From: Octopus sinensis
Lineage: Eukaryota
Reading direction: 5' to 3'
DNA length: 64,000 bases
NCBI RefSeq assembly: GCF_006345805.1
Contig: NC_043005.1
Coordinates: 72,416,001 to 72,480,000 of the forward strand
Shown here: positions 13,074 through 24,255 of the stretch, piece after piece
Layout: each line of letters begins with the position of its first letter
How positions within the stretch are numbered: position 1 is the stretch's first letter
Position numbers and translations under genes: made by a program
Notes under the pieces: model-generated
Told to the model about the DNA's origin: nothing
The model's input: only the letters and a program-made list of their open reading frames with translations
Databases searched by the model: none

Positions 13074-13104
<31 letters not shown>

Positions 13105-13210
13105 CACATATGCTCATATGCTATATATATATATAATCATCGTCATCATCATATTAACATGCACTTTTCTATACTTCCATGGATGGAATTTACACATTTT
13201 TATACGTATA

Positions 13211-13710
13211 CTAGCAGTATCACCCGGCGTTGCTCGGGTTTGTAAGGGAAATAACTATATAAGCATTTTTAGAGAGTTACTTCCCTTATAGATGCCAATT
13301 CGGGCTTTCTTAGCCATTTCTGTTTTGGTGTCTTCAAGCCATGGAGACACGCTGGTCTCCTTGACAACGCATTACGACGTTGATTTCCTTAAACTCCCTT
13401 CCCCACAGCTTCACGAGGGAGGGAAGAAGGGGAGAAGAAGCAAACAGGTGCCGCTGTGACCATGGACGCCAACTCCGCCGCCATCGACCACGACACAAAT
13501 TATGCATTAAATGGAATAAAAAATGATGTTAAATTATTTTTAAATCGTAGACTCATCGTAGATGCGCGCTAATACCCAGAAGGGCTCGATATGAATCACG
13601 ACTATAAGATACCCGAATTTGGTTAAACTGCACCGCAAAATGTGGAAGGAGTTAGGAATCTAAATCGTAGGAGACAGACACTCACACAACTAGAGTTTTA
13701 TATATATAGA
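13211..13710 (-). mobile_element. Non-autonomous Helitron (500 bp)
   Basis: On -: A|TCTATATATATAAAAC ... hairpin CCCGAGCAACGCCGGG ... CTAG|T. Confidence 0.9.
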
Positions 13711-13711
13711 T

Positions 13712-13790
<79 letters not shown>

Positions 13791-13807
13791 CAGATATAGA
13801 TATATAT

Positions 13808-14100
13808 CATCATCATCATTTAACGTCTGTTGTCCATGCTAGAATGTGTTGGACAGTTTGACCAGGGTTGGTAAACTGAGGGGCTGCACCTGACTCCAGT
13901 CTGATTTGGTATGGTTCTATGGCCAGATGCCCTGCCTAATGCCAACCAGTCCGAGATTGTAATACTTGCTTTTATGTGCCACCAGAATGGATGCCAGTTG
14001 TGTGACACCAGTATCTGCCACAACTACGATTTCACTAGGCTTGATGGGTCTTCTACTCAGGTATGGTATATTGTCAATGATTTCAGTCTTTCATACCACT
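13808..14100 (-). mobile_element. RTE 3'-end fragment
   Basis: (CAT)n tail, reverse complement of the UTR motifs and of GAGAAGACCCATCAAGCC at the ORF end. Confidence 0.75.
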
Positions 14101-14840
14101 GACACAGGAGCTACTTACATGACACCCGCATTACCTCTGTGAGATCTAAGGCTCAAAAAGTGCTTTCAGAGAGTGAGGGGGTGTACAAATTACCTTGGCC
14201 ATAAATGTGTTAAACTCTTTTCATAAAAGTCTAGCTTGCTGACTACTAAATAAATTAGGACAATTGTCAAGCTGATGATAGCTACAAACATGCATTCACA
14301 ACTGTCCTTTCTTCACTCAATAAGCCTGGACCTTTACTTTAATGGCTTGTCTACTTTAGAGAATTTGTAATTCTTGAGACTGTCTCCCCATCTCAAGTAG
14401 AACTAATCTTAAATGTCAATTGGTAATTAAGATATATCGTCCATCTAGAGGCAGAGATGATTTTAATAAATCAAAAATTTACAACGTACAGCATTGGATA
14501 TATTTGTGTTTGTATATATACCACACACATGGATATTCTTAACTTTATTAAGACAGCCTCTGTATTATGCCAACCTTTCAATATTAAAAAATATTGCTGC
14601 AGCATGGAATTACATTTCACAGAAGCCAGAGCAAAAATAAGAACACTTCCATAGAGTTTATTTTACATTCTATCTTGGCTAAAGTATTTATTTTTCTAGA
14701 TGAGGTGCATGTTTTTTATGTATATATATATATATATATATACATATATATAGCAAGGAAAAATTGTAAAAATGCAGAATGCTCGATTGAAAGAAAATTT
14801 TAATGAAATGAGAAAATGAAAAAATATATAAATATATATT

Positions 14841-14882
14841 TATTCAAACCGGTTTTCGTCATAGTTTGACTTATCAAGAATA
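14841..14882 (-). ncRNA. Minimal type I hammerhead motif, U3-A8 variant
   Basis: tattc-TTGATAA-GTCA aacta TGAC-GAAA-A CCGG T-TT|gaata; all three stems pair perfectly; AATAAA follows. Confidence 0.7.
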
Positions 14883-15529
14883 GTTAGGTGAAAGGGTTTT
14901 TAAAAATGAGAAAGGGGGAAAAAAGTTGCATTGTTTTTTGCAAAAGAATAATAATAAATATGTATAAAAATTTAAAAATAAGTACTCCGATACATTGTGA
15001 GTTCGTGTGTATCTTGAGTTTAATGATGTTCACGAAAACATTACCTTGAGGTATTAGGATCCAATGGGATTAAGGCCATGTGTTGTTTGGTTTAATTTAG
15101 GATGTTGGCAAAACAGGAAGTAGTAGTAATTGTGGTTCTTCAGTTCCTGTGTTGTGAATAAGGGGAGATGTATGTATTACCCATTAATTAATTAAAAAAT
15201 TTGTTGGAAACAGCTGTAATGAATTGGCAGCTATCCATCATTTGTTATTTATTCATTTATGATTCACCTCACTTGGAACCTGCTCCTTATATGTTCCAGA
15301 GTATATTATGGACTATATATTTAATACAATGTGCATTTATGAATTAGCACAAGAGCTGATGATATACTCACATTAGTTCAATTAATTGTATACAAAGCTT
15401 GACTATTTAGTACAGATGTTTGTATTCATCTATAGCTGCTGTGTATGCATATTAATTTTGATCTGATCCAGTGCCTTACCATTTAAGTGGTATATATATA
15501 TATATATATATAAATAAATATATATAAAT

Positions 15530-15700
15530 AAATGAAAGAATGGAGTCGAACGGCGATTTAACAAAATTCCTTTATTCTCGACATATGTTTCAAAGACTGC
15601 CCTTGGCATGTAACCTCAACCGTGCTTTCTGACGTAAATTTGCTACCCGGGTATCGGTTAACCGAATTATCCATACTAGGATAATTCATTCAACTACTTA
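15530..15700 (-). mobile_element. Penelope pLTR-like unit with 3' half hammerhead
   Basis: On -: GAAA-C ATAT G-TC|gagAATAAA (15591-15572); CUGANGA half not found; TA-flanked. Confidence 0.5.
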
Positions 15701-15703
15701 AAC

Positions 15704-15734
<31 letters not shown>

Positions 15735-15888
15735 CAAATATTGAGGATGTAATTTCCTTGTAAGGGATTAATTTTTTAATCCAGATATCAACTGGTGTTA
15801 TCAAATATATATATATAATGTAATATAAAGAAAATGGAGAGCTTGAAGACAGCAAAATCAATTTATTTACATAACTGTCAATTACATG

Positions 15889-15979
15889 AGGCCTACAATT
15901 GTTTCAATATCCCACTTCATTCATTTTACAATTAACAATTGCATTTTGCGTTCAAAAAGTAGAGATCTCTTCAGGGCTA
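15889..15979 (-). ncRNA. Minimal type I hammerhead ribozyme, intact core
   Basis: tagcc-CTGAAGA-[gatctctacttt...gaagtgggatatt]-GAAA-C AATT G-TA|ggcct; AATAAA about 25 nt downstream. Confidence 0.75.
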
Positions 15980-16022
15980 AAATCAACATATTTCTTTAGA
16001 TCCTAATAGATGCATCATTTTA

Positions 16023-16053
<31 letters not shown>

Positions 16054-16075
16054 ATTAACAGTTTCATCTTTATAT

Positions 16076-16305
16076 TGTTGTATCTAAGGAGGGTCATTAA
16101 ACCAATAAAATTAACACACGCACAGGTTTCAATTCGACTCAATTATTAAATATCTGATTGTTTTGTTTGTGTTTGTCAAAGCTCTTTTGTTGCTTCTTGT
16201 ACATTTCCAATGATTGTAGTCATGACAATTGGATATTTAATGAGTGGAACTGAACAAGAGTGTGTGTTAATTATATTAGTATAATGACTCTCCCTAGACA
16301 TAACA
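16076..16305. mobile_element. MITE with ~80-bp imperfect TIRs
   Basis: GTATCTAAGGAGGGTCATTAAACCAATAAAATTAACACAC... versus the reverse complement of ...GTGTGTTAATTATATTAGTATAATGACTCTCCCTAGAC; single-arm homologue near 52666-52730. Confidence 0.7.
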
Positions 16306-16523
16306 AACTTTATTTCAACACCTGAATTTCATTAAAAATTTTGCAAACCAGATATGAAAATGAAGTATATATATATTATATATATATATACACACACACA
16401 CATATACATATCTTCTACGTATTCCTTGATTTCAATTTCAGATTTCTAATCCTACTTTATGTTGTGAAGAGCTTGTTATCTTCCTATTTAATTGCCTTCC
16501 TGAGGGCATCATTCATATATATA

Positions 16524-16554
<31 letters not shown>

Positions 16555-16689
16555 ATAGATAGATAGATAGGATAGATAGATAGATATGCATATAATATAG
16601 TATAATAGTTATCTCTCACCAGGTGGAGTACTTTCTTCGCTGATCTTTCTTTCATGGAATAGTACATCTATATATATATGTTGTTATTT

Positions 16690-16964
16690 TTTGTTCTTTC
16701 TTGAGCCATGCCTGGCTCATAAGGCCAGTTTCCCAGTTTCAGTAGCATATAGGTTTCCCACCTGGACAGGACGCCAGTGCGTCACAGGTGAGCTGCTAGA
16801 ATCTTGTGGCGAAAGAGTCAGCAGAAGTTCACCATTACCTTCTATTGGAGACATGTGGAGCTTAGATGTTTTGCCCATAAACACGCATGTCACCCAGTCT
16901 GAGATTTGAGCTCATGATCCCTCAACTGCTAGTCCACTGCTCTAACCATTAGGCCATGTGCCTC

Positions 16965-16967
<3 letters not shown>
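16690..16967 (-). mobile_element. V-domain SINE (internal deletion)
   Basis: Reverse complement of the 22722-23034 family. Confidence 0.85.
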
Positions 16968-17019
<52 letters not shown>

Positions 17020-17030
17020 TATATATATAT

Positions 17031-17086
<56 letters not shown>

Positions 17087-17124
17087 TATATATATATAGT
17101 ATATATAGATATTATATATATATA

Positions 17125-17163
<39 letters not shown>
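16968..17163. repeat. Long interrupted (TA)n
   Basis: About 195 bp TA array. Confidence 0.95.
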
Positions 17164-17164
<1 letters not shown>

Positions 17165-17167
<3 letters not shown>

Positions 17168-17355
17168 ATCCAAACAAGAAAACACAAAAAAAACAAAAAA
17201 ACACAAAACGCGAGGATGTGGAACAAATAAAGTATTATAGGACGCTCAGGAAAGAAGGGAAGAAGGAGGGTTTAACGTTTTGAGCGGAGCTCTTCGTCGG
17301 AAACATAGGAGAAGGAAAGATCTCAAGAAGGGAAGACAGAGGAAAAAAAATCATC
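17165..17355 (-). mobile_element. Penelope pLTR-like unit with degenerate zero-loop hammerhead
   Basis: 17270-17304 on -: GTTT-CCGACGA-A-GAGC tcc GCTC-AAAA-CG-TT|AAAC; shares the CCTGAGCGT motif with the 11475 unit. Confidence 0.6.
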
Positions 17356-18603
17356 AAACATATACATACACATATATATGCATGCATGCTTGCATTATAT
17401 ATGAATGTGTCCTTCTAATTTTAAGGCTGTAGTGTGTGATTTTGGTGAGATTTGACTGTTGCTTCATGTAGGTAGATTAAGCATGTAAAGGTTATCCACC
17501 TCACGTTGGCTCATGCATACTTTCTTGTGTGTATTTATTGGTATATGACAATGCTGAGAGTTGCAGAAGTTACAGTATATATATCCAACTCTGTGTGTGT
17601 GTGTGTATGTATGTGTATGTGTATATTATATATTGGTGTTTGATCATGTGATGTAGTCTTATTGATTCATTTGTTCTGTTATCTTATTTCGTGTATATAT
17701 ATATATATATATTTATATTTTGTTTTTTCTTTACTTGATATTATTCTTGGTGATGCTTATGTTGTTGGAACCATATATTTTACTGGTTCAGATCCAATAT
17801 GCTGGAGATGCAGGAGGTACAGGCATTACATACACATCCATCCTCCTTCTCTCTCTCTCCCCCCTCTTTCTCTCCCTCTCTCCTTCCCTCTCCCTTTTCT
17901 CCTCTCCGAACAACTCTCCAGATGTATCCGATATGTTGCTAGATTTATAGCCTTTGTTGCCTTATGGTTTCATCTGTTATATTTTTCCTTCTATTTCTTC
18001 TTTTCCATTTCCCCCTTCATTTCCTTCCTTTTTTCCTTTCTTTTGTTTTTGTCTCTTTTAGGGTCACAATGACTTAAGTTCACCTGGCTGCTTCTATCCT
18101 CCTCCTCCTCCTCCTCCACCTATTCCACCCCCACCCTGCTTCAACTCCCCACCTCCCAGTTGCACACATCCTTTTCAATTCTTCATATATGTGTCCTTTG
18201 GTTTGTTTTAGGATTACACTTAGCACCATTCTGGAGCACTACCTTTAAATCTATGTAGTTATATATTTTCCCCCATATTTTAACAAACGGTTTGCTAGCT
18301 CAAAAAAAACAAGCAAAAACAACACAATAACAACAATAATCCTTGCACTATTTGTTCCAGTTCTTTACATTTTAGGTTCAAATCCCACTGAGATCAATTT
18401 ATTCTTTCATCCTTTCGTGATAAAATAAGGTATCCGTCTATGAACAGGGCTTGATGGTGACGTCAAACTCCCTCTCTATAAAACCGCTGGCTTTGTGTCT
18501 AAGCCAGAAAACATTATATTACAATACACTTGAGCCAATGAGAAAGCCTTTATAGTGCCAAATCACTTGGTTTTCTAGAAATAGCAACCAAGTCAAGCAA
18601 CCA

Positions 18604-18845
18604 AAGGCGGCGAGCTGGCAGAATCGTTAGCACGCCAGGCAAAATGCTTAGTGGTATTTCGTCTACCATTAGCTTGTGAGTTCAAATTCCACCGAGGTCG
18701 ACTTTGCCTTTCATCCTTTCGGGGTCGATAAATTAAGTACCAGTTATACACTGGGGTCGATGTAATTGACTTAATCCGTCTGTCTGTCCTTATTTGTCCC
18801 CTCTGTGTAGCCCCTTGTGGGCAGTAAAGAAATAAGATATAAGAT
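18604..18845 (+). mobile_element. Family A SINE with 14-bp TSD
   Basis: ATAGCAACCAAGTC at 18581-18594 and 18846-18859. Confidence 0.9.
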
Positions 18846-18988
18846 ATAGCAACCAAGTCTCTCTCAAGTTACACTTCATATTACCTTAAGAATGGTAAGA
18901 GCATTACAGGATGTAGTCCAAGATACAAGGGAATATTTAATAAAAACTGGAATCTCTTTGGTCATAGGTTTCCATACTTCTTCAGGGC

Positions 18989-19398
18989 TTACTCTCTCTT
19001 ACTCTTTTACTTGTTTCAGTCATTTGACTGCGGCCATGCTGGAGCACCGCCTTTAGTCGAGCAACTCAACCGGGACTTTTCTTTTTGTAAGCCAGTAGTC
19101 TTATTCTATCGGTCTCTTTTTGCCAAACCGCTAAGTGATGGGGACATAACACACCAGCATCGGTTGTCAAGCAATGCTAGGGGAACAAACACAGACTCAC
19201 AAACACACACACATACATATATATATATACATATATAAGACAGGTTTCTTTCAGTTTCCGTCTACCAAATCCACTCACAAGGCATTAGTCGGCCCAGGGA
19301 TATAGCAGAAGACACTTGCCCAAGATGCCACGCAGTGGGACTGAACCCGGAACCATGTGGTTGGTAAACAAGCTACTTACCACTCAGCCACTCCTGCT
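18989..19398 (-). mobile_element. CORE-like SINE, family B
   Basis: Full-length reverse complement including head, CCTTGGGCAAGTGTCTTC-type core (here TCTTGGGCAAGTGTCTTC), microsatellite and tail. Confidence 0.85.
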
Positions 19399-19461
19399 TA
19401 CTCAGGATTAATGAACAACATATACACTACACAACTTAATATGTACTAACCAAATTTAAGC

Positions 19462-19672
19462 AGCAAGCTGGTAGAATTGTTAGCATGCCAGGCAAAATGT
19501 GTAGTGGTATATCGTCCATTTTCACGTTCTGAGTTCAAATTCTGCTCAGGTCAACTTTGCCTTTCTTTATTTCAGGGTCAATAAAATAAGTACCAGTGGA
19601 GCACTGAGTTTGATGTAATCAATTTATCCACCTCCTCCAAAATTGCAGGCCTTGTGCCATAATTTGAAACCA
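19462..19672 (+). mobile_element. Family A SINE (short-tail variant)
   Basis: AAGCTGGTAGAATTGTTAGC head to GGCCTTGTGCCATAATTTGAAACC end. Confidence 0.8.
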
Positions 19673-20180
19673 ATATATATATAAACTGAATGTCTGTATG
19701 TATGTTCCAAGTTGTAGGCGACAGAGTTGCCCCTTGAGTTAGTGAAATTTTGCCTAGGCTCACATTGTAATAGATTATTTAACTTTTCCTCAAATTTGTT
19801 GTTCTTTGGGGTTGCTTACAACAAAACTATTTCGTTCCACAAAAAATTTTAGACACTGAATATTTTCCTGATTAGGAAAAGGATTAATTCCAAACATTTA
19901 TGTAAATTTCTACGGTATTTTGAAAACAAAAAATACCCCCAGAAATCATGAAAAAATTTGAGAGTGAAATATTATTTTAGAAATTTCTGGCGTCCCCCAC
20001 AAGGTGCCTGTGTTTGATTCCTGGTAAGGGAAAACGCTGCACTTATCTGAATCTCTCCCCCTCCCCCTCTTTCTCTCTCTCACTCACTCAAATTGAATCA
20101 CCTTCTGAATTGCTTTGAAACTACAACTCTGAGTGAATGAACCTTCCCAGATTTATTCCCAGCGTCTTTCCAAAGTTAAT
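19673..20180 (+). mobile_element. Truncated Helitron-like element with tRNA-Glu-like segment
   Basis: Starts TATATATATAAACTGAATGTCTGTATGTATG like the other Helitron 5' ends; no CTAG end seen; 20006-20032 resembles the tRNA-Glu 3' end. Confidence 0.4.
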
Positions 20181-20329
20181 TATTTAAAATACAGTGAAAC
20201 CATCTGATGTTATCTGTCTCAGCTATTAATATACTTGGGAAGGTGTTGTGCTGATTAAAAATAAAGAGTAAATAATTCCGTGATCTGAGTTTTATTTTCC
20301 CACATTGCATTACATACATACATACATAT

Positions 20330-20451
<122 letters not shown>

Positions 20452-20473
20452 CACATACATACATACAAAATAT

Positions 20474-20776
20474 GGAGGCGCAATGGCCCAGTGGTTAGGG
20501 CAGCGGACTCGCGGTCGTAGGATCGCGGTTTCGATTCCCAGACTGGGCGTTGTGAGTGTTTATTGAGCGAAAACACCTAAAAGCTCCACGAGGCTCTAGC
20601 AAGGGGTGGTGATCCCTGCTGTACTCTTTCACCACTCTTTCTCCCACTCTTTCTTCTGTTGGCCTGCTCGCTTAGCCAGCGGGGTGGCGTCATTCGAAGG
20701 CTAAAACAATGCAAACGCATTGTGACCAGCGATGTGTAACTACATCTGATGGACTGGTCGGTCACGTGATCACGTG
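20474..20776 (+). mobile_element. tRNA-Arg-like SINE (octopus OR-type) with TSD
   Basis: A-box TGGCCCAGTGG, TCG anticodon-like loop, B-box GTTTCGATTCC; ACATACAAAATATGG at 20461-20475 and 20777-20791. Confidence 0.9.
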
Positions 20777-21203
20777 ACATACAAAATATGGGGTTTTGTT
20801 CACAGGTGATCTAAACGACTAGGTATGCTGAGTAAGTGCTGTGCTGATTACCAAAGTCATAACTGAGATGGGAGTTATGGAGCCATTGTAGATTTCTGAT
20901 ATAGCGGATATATAATTGTTAGAGGACAGCAAGTGTTAAAGCAAGTCAAACATCTCAAGTCATATACATCATTATTATTATTGGAAAATATTTTTTCCAA
21001 TTTTAATAATGAGATGTTTGCCCTGCCTTAACGTTTGTTGTCCTCTTTAACATGATTTTTTTCCATTTTATACACTACAACAATGTCCAGTTTCCGATGT
21101 TTGGTCAGGTGATCGCACTGGATCATTGCATCCCACAGGATTTTGCAATTCTAACTCTCGGTGCCTCCCTCTGAGGTTTGCTCATACCATGGGTAAGGTT
21201 CAG

Positions 21204-21429
21204 CGAGCTGGCAGAAACGTTAGCACGCTGGGCGAAATGCATAGTCCTATTTCGTGTGCCGTTACGTTCTGAGTTCAAATTCTGCCGAGGTCGACTTTGC
21301 ATTTCATCCTTTCGGGGTCGATTAAATGAGTACCAGTTACGCACTGGGGTCGATGCAATCGACTTAATCCGCTTGTCTGTCCTTGTTTGTCCTCTCTGTG
21401 TTTGGCCCCTTGTGGGTAGTAAAGAAATA
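21204..21429 (+). mobile_element. Family A SINE with 12-bp TSD
   Basis: GGTAAGGTTCAG at 21192-21203 and 21430-21441. Confidence 0.9.
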
Positions 21430-21885
21430 GGTAAGGTTCAGAGGTCCCAGACACCATCATTTTTTAGGGTGGAAAATAAAATCTATTTTGAGAAAAGTTT
21501 TAAATTAGTTCGTATCTTGACCTGCCATCTGGAAGGTGTCAAATAGGAGGCCTACAGAATTCCTATAGCATCGTAGAAAGAGCAAGATATTGAGTTGACA
21601 GCCAGAGGGAGACAGTGACAGAGAGATGAAAGATAGAACCATCATGTAGTCTCCAACTAGCATTACCTGCAAGCTATTTCTAGTGGGATGGTGATGGCAT
21701 TGGCGGCAGCAGTGGTAAAAGTGGTAAAGGAAATGTATGTGTTCTGCCACCAGGATGTAAATGCTGTCACATGTGTATGTTTGTCCCCAGGCAAATCATT
21801 ATTATCATTGTTGTTATTATTATTAGTAGAAGTAGTGCAATCAGGAAGCAAAAGAAGCATCACACCCTTATGATTATTATTATTA

Positions 21886-21919
<34 letters not shown>

Positions 21920-21952
21920 CATTATTATTATCATTATTGTTATTATTATTAT

Positions 21953-22255
21953 TGTGGAGGTGCAATGGTCCAGTGGTTAGGGCAGCGGACTCGAGGTCGG
22001 AGGATCGCGATTTCGATTCCCAGACCAAGGCGTTGTGTGTGTTTATTGAGCAAAAACACCTAAAAGCTCCACGAGGCTCCGGCAGGGGGGGTGGTGGCGA
22101 CCCCTGTTGTACTCTTTTGCCACAACTTTCTCTCACTCTCCCTTCCTGTTTCTTGAGTAATGCTGCAATGGACTGGTGTCCCGTCCAGATGGGGGGGACA
22201 CATACACCACAGAAACTGAGAAACCAGGCTCATGAGCCTGGCTATGCTTGAAAAG
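21953..22255 (+). mobile_element. tRNA-Arg-like SINE with V-domain tail
   Basis: Head and body like 20474, then TGCAATGGACTGGTGTCCCGTCCAG. Confidence 0.85.
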
Positions 22256-22721
22256 TACAAAAAAAGAAAAATTATTATTATTATTATCATAGCTAAATTT
22301 GAATACACACAAGAGCAGTATCACTGGGAGTATACTGCTACCGTTCCCTCATATACACACTTACTTAATCACATGTCCCAATGTCAGGTACTTTTAAATC
22401 TGTAGATATGATTTCCACACATCATTATCAATTCAAACTAACATGTTCTATCAGAACAAATTGATCGATGGATGGTTTCTTTCATTTATACCTACATGAG
22501 ATCTGTCATCTCTCATCCAAAATATTCATATTCATTAAATCTCTCACAATATGTAGTCTACAAAGGATCATCTTCATCAGTCGTTCTCAACCAAGATCCA
22601 TCTGGTCCTTAGGGATCCATATAAGATTTTGCTCTTCAAATTTATCTGCAATAAATTGGTTATACTGCGACAATACACAAAATATTTTAACAATATTTTC
22701 ATACAATTCCTAATGATATTT

Positions 22722-23034
22722 GTGGAGGCACATGGCCTAGTGGTTAGAGCAGTGGACTCACAGTCGAGGGATCAGGGGTTCGAATCTCAGACTGGGCGAT
22801 GTGTTGTGTTTATGAGAGAAACACCCAAGCTCCACACAGCTCCGGCAGAAGGTAATGGCGAATTTCTGCTGACTCTTTCGCCACAACTTTCTCTCACTCT
22901 TTCCTCCTGCATCTTGCAGCTCACCTGTGACAGACTGGCATCTCATCCAGGTGGGAAACCTATACGCTAAGGAAACTGGGAAACCAGCCCTTATGAGCCA
23001 GGCATGACTCGAGAAGGAACAAACAACAACAAAA
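22722..23034 (+). mobile_element. Full-length V-domain SINE with 13-bp TSD
   Basis: CCTAATGATATTT at 22709-22721 and 23035-23047. Confidence 0.9.
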
Positions 23035-23049
23035 CCTAATGATATTTAA

Positions 23050-23268
23050 CCCTTTAACATTTAAACCAGCCATATCCTGCCAAAATATTCAGCCTGCTTC
23101 ATGTTGAAACTGGTTAAATCTAGCCTTTCACACTTACCCTACAATGCCATTCTGAAAATAAACAATTACATCATCAAAATCTCAAACCTAAAGATAATAC
23201 ATGATTAACTCAAAACAATGTAAATAAATAAGGATTACAGTTGACAGAGTAATCTGAATGCAAAAAGG
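23050..23268. mobile_element. piggyBac-type MITE
   Basis: TTAA|CCCTTTAACATT ... AATGCAAAAAGG|TTAA. Confidence 0.75.
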
Positions 23269-23983
23269 TTAATAATAAAAATATAAGATTTTTTAAAGCA
23301 TCAAATGGTTGTGAGGGTCAATCTGAGTAGAACAGGAATCAAAGAGGTTCATGGGTATAAAATGGTTGGGAACCACGGATTGATGTGGTTGCTTGCCTTG
23401 TGACAAATAGTAAGCAAAATCTCCCTCAGATTGGAAGTGTTACCATGTACATTGTTTTGTCTTGATATGAAAGATGGGCTACAGCAAATATTCTGCTCAA
23501 TACCACAGATTTGCTTGTCAGTTGTTTGACCTTAAGTATTTTAAATGGTGAAGAAAGACATTCACCAGTGTAGGTCTTGATACACTTTTGGAGAAAAAAG
23601 AAAGAAGACATAAAATGTAATTGTCATTGGCTGGGAATTCCTCTGGTCATAGACCAGCATAATCAAGTCTAACTATGGATTACATATCAACAAGTACATA
23701 TGGACGAAAGGAAGGAATAATGGAAGGAAGGAGCGATGGATGGAGGGAGGGAATGAATGAGGGATGGAAGAAAGAAATGATGCATGATGGAGAGAAAGAA
23801 GAAATAATGAATGGAAGGATGAACAGATGGAAGAAAGGTAGGATGGATGGAAAGAAGGAATGTGGATAGACTGAAGGGATGTAGGATGGATGGAAGGGAG
23901 GTAAGGGAACAGATGGATGGACCGAGTGATTGAGTGATCGGTCTCCTGACTATTAAGATGTTAATAACATTAACAGAAAAAGT

Positions 23984-24255
23984 TTACTCTACTCTTTTAC
24001 TTGTTCCAGTCACTTGACTGTGGCCATGCTGGAGCACCACCTTTAGTCGAGCAAATCGACCCCAGGACTTATTCTCTGTAAGCCAAGTATTTATTCTATT
24101 GGTCCCTTTTGCCGAACCACTAAGTTACGGGGACGTAAACACACCAGCATCGGTTGTCAAGCGATGTTGGTGGGGGGGACAAACAACAAACACACAAACA
24201 TACACACACACACATACATATACACATATATACATATATACAATGGGCTTTTTTT
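23984..24255 (-). mobile_element. Family B SINE, 3' half
   Basis: Reverse complement of tail, body and microsatellite; joined to a family A fragment at about 24270-24425. Confidence 0.8.

Noticed and set aside
20474-20550. tRNA-like sequences (also near 606, 21953, 22722)
   Set aside because: These are SINE heads: no complete cloverleaf or acceptor stem, and they continue into SINE bodies, two of them (20474, 22722) with TSDs
22440-22650. Minus-strand exon-like segment after tttattgcag
   Set aside because: Stops in the frames I translated and no recognisable domain
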